DNA of 24,048 bases. Origin: Simkaniaceae bacterium (GTDB taxonomy: Bacteria; Chlamydiota; Chlamydiia; Chlamydiales; JAJFMI01). The notes below the pieces were generated by a model. That model worked only from the letters and a program-made list of their open reading frames with translations. It did no database searches and was not told where the DNA came from. Below, piece after piece: positions 17,280 to 24,048 of this stretch. Numbering within the stretch: position 1 is the first letter of the stretch; each line of letters starts with the position of its first letter. The position numbers and the translations under genes are program-made. The stretch is from contig JBBDIZ010000020.1 of NCBI GenBank assembly GCA_040880145.1, positions 1 through 24,048 of the forward strand, read 5' to 3'.

Positions 17280-18395
17280 CTAAAAGATTAACTTTCCTTT
17301 AATTGTGAGCCCATAAAGAGAGAGATCTCCATGCGCTGATTCATCTAATCTTCTATTGAAGGGGCTTTGTCCTATCCATAACTGCGATTCAAAGCTCAAT
17401 TTCAATAGAAAATGTGTTGCTGATTTTGAAAATGGATAGTCAAAGCAGACTCCAATTTCAGATTGTAAAAATCCCTTGATGGTATCTAAAGTTCCTTTCC
17501 ATCTTGTCGAAATCAAGTCGTAAGATAGAACATCGGGCGAGGAGGTCAGTACAGCACGATCTTCTCTGTTCAAATTAAAACGAGAAGCTTGTGCTGAAGT
17601 TGCAAAATGTGTGCATAGATGAAAATATTTATAGATCTCCCATGAAGTTCTTATACCGAGTAAAGGACCAATACCCCAAATATTTACATGTTGCTTCATA
17701 AAACGATCGCTATTGATTTGTACAGGTCCAGGTACAGTAAAATCTAAATAATAGTTAAGATGATAATCTTGATCTTGCTTGCTGCCCATAAGTCCAAATT
17801 CTAGATCGAAGTCAATTTTTTTACTGATGTAATAATTTTTACAAAGAAGCAGGTTTAGTGTGTTATAGGCTAAGTCCCATTTGGCGTCGGCGCTATCGAT
17901 GGCTGAGTTAATGGGAAGAAAAACCAGGGGTGGGTTTTGGACGGTTGGAGAGCCAACATTCCACTGGGTTACAAGAGTTTCATTTGGATTTGATGAAGTA
18001 ACAGCAGAACTTGTAGAGGAAAAAGAAGCATGGGTATACGTGCTTTTCAACTCCCATTGATCTTCTGAAAAGGTTACTCCTGCTGCCGCTTTAAAGCCTA
18101 TGTTCCAGTCTCCTTTTGGATAGAAGGATTCTCCTCTTGAAACTCCTTGAGTAGCATTTTCAAGAGCTCGATTTGATTGAGCATAATTGAGGCCTTCTTC
18201 TCTTGCCGTCCACCATAAGAGATCTCCTGATAGAGAGAGCCTCCACAATGAGCAAGGGTTTTCGTATTTGGGGCTGAAAATAATCTTATCCGGATTTTCT
18301 AAACAAGCTGAGTTGCATACGCCTTCTGCAAGAGTCGCAAAGAGATGTAACTGAATAAAAACACCTAAGAGAGTGAAGACAAAGCATTTTTTCAT
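17280..18395 (-). CDS. MOMP-like outer-membrane beta-barrel, paralogue of the adjacent gene
   Basis: Signal peptide MKKCFVFTLLGVFIQLHLFA; GDLLWWTAREEG, WNIGFKAAAG, WGIGPLLG, FESQLW and ESAHGDLSLYGL; C-terminal Phe. Start placed at ATG 18395. Confidence 0.85.
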   Translation of the reverse strand: MKKCFVFTLLGVFIQLHLFATLAEGVCNSACLENPDKIIFSPKYENPCSLWRLSLSGDLLWWTAREEGLNYAQSNRALENATQGVSRGESFYPKGDWNIGFKAAAGVTFSEDQWELKSTYTHASFSSTSSAVTSSNPNETLVTQWNVGSPTVQNPPLVFLPINSAIDSADAKWDLAYNTLNLLLCKNYYISKKIDFDLEFGLMGSKQDQDYHLNYYLDFTVPGPVQINSDRFMKQHVNIWGIGPLLGIRTSWEIYKYFHLCTHFATSAQASRFNLNREDRAVLTSSPDVLSYDLISTRWKGTLDTIKGFLQSEIGVCFDYPFSKSATHFLLKLSFESQLWIGQSPFNRRLDESAHGDLSLYGLTIKGKLIF

Positions 18396-18438
18396 AAAAT
18401 CGAATATATACTTTAAAAGCATATATCAGCAATGCTTT

Positions 18439-18840
18439 TTATCGATGAAAGTTTTTTTTTGTTGTCGGATCGAATTTATACTCTTTGTCATCAATGCAGA
18501 TTGTTCTGTAGAGCCAAGGATCGCGATTTTCCCGCAGCAGTCGATCACAGCCCATTAGGTAACCTTTAAAAAAGCCGTAGCGCCTTATGGCAAGCAATGT
18601 GTAGCGTGCGGATGTAGGGCGGAAGTTGGACCTTGGGCCATCTACCGGAGAGATGATATTTTGGTGAAAGAGAATCGCTTTTTCGCCTAGTTTACAGAGC
18701 CAGTTTGTCCTCGGGGGAGGCGTTTGATAAGGGTTCCATGATTTTTTTACTAGCGTTTCATCTTTTCCCCACGGCTCGATATACCCGGCTTTTGCAAAAA
18801 GAGTTAAGGGGAGAAGAAGAATGAAAAGTTTAGAAGCCAT
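18439..18840 (-). CDS. YidD-like (membrane insertion efficiency factor/DUF37) protein, atypical, with an N-terminal signal peptide
   Basis: AILFHQNIISP..GPRSNFRPTSARY..AIRRYGFFKG..GCDRLLR matches the YidD pattern, but the canonical Cys residues are replaced. Confidence 0.75.
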   Translation of the reverse strand: MASKLFILLLPLTLFAKAGYIEPWGKDETLVKKSWNPYQTPPPRTNWLCKLGEKAILFHQNIISPVDGPRSNFRPTSARYTLLAIRRYGFFKGYLMGCDRLLRENRDPWLYRTICIDDKEYKFDPTTKKNFHR

Positions 18841-19792
18841 AGCGAAGTGAAAGTAATGGGTAAAGGCGGTGCTTCTTCATTAAGGGACCCGCGCAGGTTT
18901 CATAAATGCGTTCATTATAGAGCTTTGCAGCCTCTCCGGCTCCATAAATTCCGCCGAAGTACCAACCCGCTTCGAAGCTTGCAAAAATAGCGCCTGCAGC
19001 AATGTTCCCGTCGAGAAAGAAATAGGTTGAGGCCCCGATAAAAAGAGCGTTTAGAAAAAAAGCTGTGACAGCAGATTGCTTTTGCCCGACGTAGAGGTAA
19101 CCTGCTCCCGGGATAAGCATGTTATAGAGTTCGGCTCTAGCAATTGATTTTTGGCAGGGGCAATAACAAGTGAGGAGTTCGTCGACAAAGGGTAGGTCTC
19201 GGTTTTGATTCAACTCTTTAAAATTAGCCGTCTTTATTGAATGAGAGAGGGTGAGTTTTTTTTCGAGCTCCGGATTATTTTGGCGGATATGTTCGAGTAA
19301 AAGGGTGGCTGCCGTATGATCTTCTACAGCGAGGTGAGATTCATAAAGGATCAAAAGAAGGTCGTTGTAGACGGGGAAATGTTCGTTGATTTGGCGAAGC
19401 AATGAGTGATTAAAGGTTTCGATGACCTCTTCATAGCGCTTGCCAAGATAGTAGCTAAGTAAAATGTTGTATTGCACTTCACGTTTTCTCTCTAATAAAG
19501 CTTTATCGATCATGATCTCAGCGCGCTTAAAAGCTGTAATGGCTCTATATAGGTCGAGCTCTCTTGCAAAAGCGAGGCCAATCGTATACTCGCGGCCCCA
19601 GTTTGTGTGTTTTTCCTCTTCATTTAGAGGGCGGAAAGGGGCGGGAAGATTGTTGATGTAGAGGTCAGAGGCGGTGAAGCAGAATTCAGGTTCCAGATGC
19701 TCTGTTCCTACGCGATTACAGCTTGTAAACAGGGTGAGGCAAAAAAAGCTAATCGTCTTCAGGCGTTTGCATGAGGTCAAGGCCTGCATCAT
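18830..19792 (-). CDS. Putative lipoprotein with TPR-like helices and a C-terminal Gly-rich hydrophobic region
   Basis: Lipobox-like LFTS-C after a basic/hydrophobic leader (start ATG 19792 or 19789). TPR-like segments YRAITAFKRA and YYLGKRYEEVIETF; IPGAGYLYVG followed by two hydrophobic helices. Confidence 0.75.
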   Translation of the reverse strand: MMQALTSCKRLKTISFFCLTLFTSCNRVGTEHLEPEFCFTASDLYINNLPAPFRPLNEEEKHTNWGREYTIGLAFARELDLYRAITAFKRAEIMIDKALLERKREVQYNILLSYYLGKRYEEVIETFNHSLLRQINEHFPVYNDLLLILYESHLAVEDHTAATLLLEHIRQNNPELEKKLTLSHSIKTANFKELNQNRDLPFVDELLTCYCPCQKSIARAELYNMLIPGAGYLYVGQKQSAVTAFFLNALFIGASTYFFLDGNIAAGAIFASFEAGWYFGGIYGAGEAAKLYNERIYETCAGPLMKKHRLYPLLSLRYGF

Positions 19793-22700
19793 AGTCTTCC
19801 GGAATGGCAAAAGAGCGTCCTTTGTCTTCTTCGTGAGCAGTGATTTTCTCGTACTCACGGAAGGAGTGGATGATGTGGGGCTTGATGAAAATAATGACAT
19901 TTTTCTTTTCAGTCGCTGTTGACTTATCCTGGAAGGCGAGTCCAAGCAATGGAATCCCCCCTAAACAAGGAATACTTTGAATACTATGAGTATTGGTGTT
20001 GCGCATCATACCACTTAAGACAAGAAAATGTCTATCCGGAACTGCAACAGAGGTTGTTGTATTTGTTTTACTCGTTGCAATTCCAGTTGCATTAATCGTT
20101 AGATTGGAGGTTGAGGAATTTGAAGGATTATTGGTAACTTCGGTGATTTGTTGATCGATATCGAGTGTGATAATATCGTCATCGCCGAGTGTCGGTGTGA
20201 TGCTTAAACTTACCCCAACATCGATATATTCAATGTTTGCTGTGGTCAGGGTATTTTCAGTTTGGTTTTGGACGGTTGATCCGGTGAAGGGAAGGTTGTC
20301 TCCGACAAAGAGAGTGGAATTTTTCCCATCTTGGGTGATAATTTTTTGATTCAAGACAATGGTGATATCCCCATCTATTTTCGCGGCACTTAAAAAGGAT
20401 CCAAGTGCAGCATAGCTTTGGCCTTTATGGAAGATAATGTCTCCAATCACACCAAGATCAAAGCCGCTTACGATCGGAAACAGGGTTCCGGTTGGGGTGT
20501 TTGTGGCATCTGTAGATTGAAAGGCTGTATTAAAATCAAGAGCCGGATCCGTACCGGAGGCAAAATTTGGATAGCTTCCGGTTCCCCATCCAAGGCGGTT
20601 GCGGTATTTTCCTTGAGAGCCCCAACGAAGACCCAGATCTAAATTGTTGGTAACTTCTGTTTCTAAGACAAGAACTTCGATAAAGACTTGGCGAAGGGGG
20701 GTGTCGAGGCTTTTTAAAAGCTCTTTGAGTTTGGTCAATGTATGAGGGTCGCCTGTACCAATGAGCGAGTTAGTCGGCTCAATCCATTGAACAGAGTTAA
20801 TGGCTTGAACAAGTCCCGTCGCTTTTTCACTTGTCGGACTCTCTTTTTGCTGTTGATTTATTTTAAGATCATTGGCAACAAGTTTTAAGGCCGCTTCAAT
20901 CGCATCGCCTCGATGATATTGGAGTTTATAAATTAAAAAGCTGACATCATCGAGCGTTTCAATTTCGGAAGAGCCGGGGGTGGCAATATCAAAACGGGTC
21001 AAAAGCTGCTCAACTTCTTTCACAGCGCCTTCGGTACCTGAAACGAGGATGCTGCAGGTTTTTTCAATCCATTTAAGGTTGTTGATGACTTCAAAAAGCT
21101 CGGATTGCTGGACCCCTGAGGTGACAAGGTTTTTTTCAAAATCCTTCATCGTGTCAATTAACTCTTCGCCATGTTGATATTTGGGAGTGAAGAGTTGATA
21201 GACATGAGGTCCTCCCATCTCACCGGCAAATTGAGGATTGTCAAATTTTTCAATCAACTGCTGAACTTTTTCAAGCGTCGGTTCGGGTCCTGTAAAGACG
21301 ATCGAGCGGCTTTCTTCTTTAAAGCGCATGTTGTCAATGGTACTGATCAGGCTCTGATCGGCATCCGAGCTCTTTGAAAGGTCCATTGCCACAGCTTTTA
21401 AGGAGGAGGTCAACTCTCCTACAGGAATATACTTGGGTTGATAGACAAAGAAGGTTGTTTGCCCAATTTTCTGAATAGGGGCAAGAGAGGGGATGTCAAA
21501 TTTGGCAAGGATAGTCTCAACGCGCGTTAACACCTCTTCAGGACCTGTAAAAATTAGAGCATTGGTTTCTTTGACATAGCGAACCGATTGGATCGTTTGG
21601 ATAAGCTCCTTATCAGGAGTGTTAGCATTCTTTAGATGGTCAGTGACTGCTTTTAGAGAGTTGAGCAGTTGAGAGGCCGGAACTGATTTGGGTTGATAGA
21701 TTAAAAAAGTCGATTGCCCCAAGCTTTTGATTGAACTGGCATCAGGGGAGTCAATCTCCGGAAGGAGCTGTTTGATTTTTGCGATTGAGTTTTCTGTTCC
21801 TGTAAAAATAAGAGAGTCGCTTGAGCGTTCATAGCGCATCGAATTGATGCTCATGAGGAGGGTTGGATCGGTTAAGTTCGCATCTTCTAAACTTTCGGCA
21901 ATATCGACTAGTTGGCCTTTGATCTCTTTGGCCGTTTTATATCTTGGCTTATAGATATAGAAGTTATTTGCATCTTGAGGACGGATGACGTCAAACTCTT
22001 CAACTAGGCCTTTCACTTCATCGATCGCTTCTTTTGAACCGGAAATATAGAGAGAATTTGTCGCCTTGATCCATTCGACATTGTTGATTGCACTGAGCAA
22101 CTCTTTATCTTCAATCCCGGAGGCTTTCATATTTTTAGCAATTTTTCGAAGATCTTTTAAAATGATCTCTCCCGAGACATTCTGCAGCTTATAAACCGAA
22201 TACGTTTTCTGCTCATCTGCATTTAAGGTATCAAGAGCGGGGAGCATTTGTTTAATCTCATCGAGCGAGCTTTGATCGCCTGTGAAGATGAGCGAGTTGC
22301 TTTTTTTCACAATGCGCATGTTTTTGAGCGCAAAAAGAAGACCCGGGTCAGCAAGATTGGCCTCTTCCAAGTTTTGGCCTACTTCATTGAGGCTCTTTGC
22401 TAACTCTTTTGCTGAGCGATTCTTCGCCTGATAGATGAAAAATTGAGAATTATGAGAAGCTAAAGGGCCTCTGCCGGATACATCGATGATTTCAAGCAAA
22501 CCTTCTACTTTAGATAGAGCGGTGGGTGTTCCTGTAAAAAGTAATGAGTGGCTCTCCTTGACATAGCGCATCGAGTTGATCGCATCGGTTAGGCCTTCGC
22601 TTCCATAGCCTTGTTCTTCGAAAGCTTTTGAAATCTTCTCTAGCGTACCCTCAATCATTTCAGCGGGCTTATATTTTAATTTATAGAGCAGCACATTTTC

Positions 22701-23567
22701 GTTTTTAAGCTCTTTAAAAAGAGTGGGATTATCGAGATCCTCTAAAACGGCAATGGTCCGCTCTATAAGGTAAGGTGTTGAAATAATAAAAATGGTTTTT
22801 GTCTCAGACTGAGGCACCATCACAATTGGATTCCCCTCAGCTAAAGGCTGCATGATCTTTTGGGCAATCTCAATAAGTGATTCAGGACTATTTTCTTTGG
22901 GGACAAAGGCATCGATATCTAAAGGGAGGTGAGGGGCATCTAGACTTAAAAGAAGTTCTGCAATTTTATTCACATTCGCTGAATTATCCGTTACGATAAG
23001 CTGCCGAGTTTCTTGGAAGGCTTCAATAAGCGCAGAGGAGCTCATCATGGGCTGAATCAAGGAGACGAGCTTTCCGGGCGTTGTATTATGAATGCGGAAA
23101 ACGCGCGTGACAATCGGCAGGGGCTCCTTATCATGAAAAGGGACCTCATCTGCAATAACGGTTCCAATCTGCTGCACAGCCGGGTTTCGATGGATGATTA
23201 AATTATTTCCCTGATCGATCAATTCAAATCCTTGGATACGGAGGATTTGAACAAGTGCTGCCATGAGATCATCCAGGCTAGTGGGCTCTTGACTTGTTAA
23301 GGTAATGGGAAAATTCATCTCGGAACTATCATAGATAAAATTGATATCAGCGATACGAGAGATAAAACGCAAGAACTCTAAAATTCCAACATTATTGAAA
23401 TTGATTGTGTAGCCTTCGTTCGTTTCCGCCTTCGAGTCTGCCAGGTGATGGGCTTTTGCGAGCTTTTTAGGCTTATCGGCTCCAGAAAGCAGGGGAGCCA
23501 GGGCTATTGAGGCTATGGAGGGGGAAAGGATAAAAAATTTTCGGATGTTTTGGTAAACATATTTCAT
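19749..23567 (-). CDS. sctC: Very large CdsC/SctC-type outer-membrane secretin (1272 aa)
   Basis: Signal peptide; N0 domain GYTINFNNVGILEFLRFIS...GNNLIIHRNP resembling chlamydial CdsC; two standard N domains and eight N3-like repeats; secretin domain RQVFIEVLVLE...IEYIDVGVSLSITP...IPCLGGIPLLG...IIFIKPHII. Confidence 0.88.
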   Translation of the reverse strand: MKYVYQNIRKFFILSPSIASIALAPLLSGADKPKKLAKAHHLADSKAETNEGYTINFNNVGILEFLRFISRIADINFIYDSSEMNFPITLTSQEPTSLDDLMAALVQILRIQGFELIDQGNNLIIHRNPAVQQIGTVIADEVPFHDKEPLPIVTRVFRIHNTTPGKLVSLIQPMMSSSALIEAFQETRQLIVTDNSANVNKIAELLLSLDAPHLPLDIDAFVPKENSPESLIEIAQKIMQPLAEGNPIVMVPQSETKTIFIISTPYLIERTIAVLEDLDNPTLFKELKNENVLLYKLKYKPAEMIEGTLEKISKAFEEQGYGSEGLTDAINSMRYVKESHSLLFTGTPTALSKVEGLLEIIDVSGRGPLASHNSQFFIYQAKNRSAKELAKSLNEVGQNLEEANLADPGLLFALKNMRIVKKSNSLIFTGDQSSLDEIKQMLPALDTLNADEQKTYSVYKLQNVSGEIILKDLRKIAKNMKASGIEDKELLSAINNVEWIKATNSLYISGSKEAIDEVKGLVEEFDVIRPQDANNFYIYKPRYKTAKEIKGQLVDIAESLEDANLTDPTLLMSINSMRYERSSDSLIFTGTENSIAKIKQLLPEIDSPDASSIKSLGQSTFLIYQPKSVPASQLLNSLKAVTDHLKNANTPDKELIQTIQSVRYVKETNALIFTGPEEVLTRVETILAKFDIPSLAPIQKIGQTTFFVYQPKYIPVGELTSSLKAVAMDLSKSSDADQSLISTIDNMRFKEESRSIVFTGPEPTLEKVQQLIEKFDNPQFAGEMGGPHVYQLFTPKYQHGEELIDTMKDFEKNLVTSGVQQSELFEVINNLKWIEKTCSILVSGTEGAVKEVEQLLTRFDIATPGSSEIETLDDVSFLIYKLQYHRGDAIEAALKLVANDLKINQQQKESPTSEKATGLVQAINSVQWIEPTNSLIGTGDPHTLTKLKELLKSLDTPLRQVFIEVLVLETEVTNNLDLGLRWGSQGKYRNRLGWGTGSYPNFASGTDPALDFNTAFQSTDATNTPTGTLFPIVSGFDLGVIGDIIFHKGQSYAALGSFLSAAKIDGDITIVLNQKIITQDGKNSTLFVGDNLPFTGSTVQNQTENTLTTANIEYIDVGVSLSITPTLGDDDIITLDIDQQITEVTNNPSNSSTSNLTINATGIATSKTNTTTSVAVPDRHFLVLSGMMRNTNTHSIQSIPCLGGIPLLGLAFQDKSTATEKKNVIIFIKPHIIHSFREYEKITAHEEDKGRSFAIPEDYDAGLDLMQTPEDD
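20703..22697 (-). repeat. Eight tandem ~83-aa secretin N-domain repeats (protein level, diverged at DNA level)
   Basis: Approximate consensus F-x-(I/V)-Y-(K/Q)-(P/L)-K-Y...L..(I/V)...L.....D..L...I.(S/N)(M/V).(Y/W)....NSL(I)F(T/S)G......(V/I)..L(L/I)..(F/I/L)D. Units start at VLLYKL, FFIYQA, YSVYKL, FYIYKP, FLIYQP, FFVYQP, YQLFTP and FLIYKL. Confidence 0.92.
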
Positions 23568-23619
23568 TTAGGAGAGGCCTCTAAATTCCTGATATTCAAG
23601 AAAAACTTTGCTTCTCTCA

Positions 23620-23649
23620 AATTTAAAATAATAGGGTTATTATTTGCAA
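23620..23649 (-). promoter_or_regulatory. Putative promoter of the secretin operon, TTGCAA-N18-TAAATT, with an 8-4-8 inverted repeat over the spacer
   Basis: Minus strand TTGCAA at 23649-23644 and TAAATT at 23625-23620; AAATAATA-GGGT-TATTATTT at 23626-23645. Confidence 0.4.
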
Positions 23650-23732
23650 ACCCCTTTATTTCAAAGAGGGTGAAGAGATCAAAAAATTAATCAGCTGTTT
23701 GTCATACTCCTCTTAAATTCGTGGGTAACATT

Positions 23733-23761
23733 TTTACATTGAAGATCAAATGTATTAATAT
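23733..23761 (+). promoter_or_regulatory. Putative promoter TTTACA-N17-TAATAT for the RND adaptor gene
   Basis: TTTACA at 23733-23738 and TAATAT at 23756-23761, 15 bp before ATG 23777. Confidence 0.45.
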
Positions 23762-23776
23762 TATTTTTAAAATAAG

Positions 23777-24019
23777 ATGTTTAGACGTATTATTCTTCCT
23801 GTATTCGCTGTGATCGGGTTCCTTCTAGGAGGTTTTTTAGTTTTTATAAGTGTTCGAAAACTACCTCCGCCGAAGATTCCTTTTAATCCTCCGCAGTCTC
23901 CTTATATGGCTTATGTTGCCGGAGCTGGGATTGTAGAGGCGAGTAGTTTAAATATTGTAATCGGAACACCATTTAGTGAAGTGGTTGAGGAAGTTTTTGT
24001 AATCGGTCACGGGGGTTGA
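23777..24019 (+). pseudogene. N-terminal fragment of an efflux RND/HlyD-family periplasmic adaptor, truncated at 80 aa
   Basis: N-terminal TM anchor, then PPQSPY..YVAGAGIVEASSLNIVIGTPFSEVVEEVFV (start of the lipoyl-like half domain). The expected GD.V.KG.PL continuation is absent in all three frames; stop at 24017-24019. Confidence 0.65.
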
Positions 24020-24048
24020 AATTTGATCTGAAATTTCGTAAACTTCTT

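Noticed and set aside
19793..19945. Ser-rich N-terminal extension of the lipoprotein ORF
   Set aside because: It lies in an alternative frame within the secretin 3' end. The signal peptide and lipobox fit a start at 19792 or 19789.
1241..23201. Numerous 60-142 aa alternative-frame and antisense ORFs inside the long genes
   Set aside because: They are fully nested in well-supported CDSs and show no recognisable motifs.

Overview
This is a gene-dense chromosomal segment from a member of the Chlamydiota, most likely an environmental lineage. The evidence is a CT398/CdsZ homologue followed directly by a chlamydial-type rnpB, the chlamydial glyA-clpP1-dapF gene order, a CdsC-type secretin and tandem Legionella-MOMP-like porins. 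The left part holds the 3' end of a Pro-Ala repeat protein, a SpoU/TrmH methyltransferase, a YbiT-like ABC-F ATPase, xerC, an orphan ORF, RNase P RNA and cdsZ. The middle holds a glyA-clpP-dapF-ald-SNF2 operon, two AT-rich accessory ORFs (one Inc-like) and der/engA. The right part holds a five-gene minus-strand envelope operon (giant secretin, TPR-like lipoprotein, atypical YidD-like protein, two MOMP-like porins) and a truncated RND adaptor gene at the window end. The most unusual element is the 1272-aa CdsC-like secretin, which has eight tandem ~83-aa N3-type domains, sits outside the usual T3SS cluster and heads this envelope operon. All calls come from motif reading and recalled family knowledge; no database searches were run.
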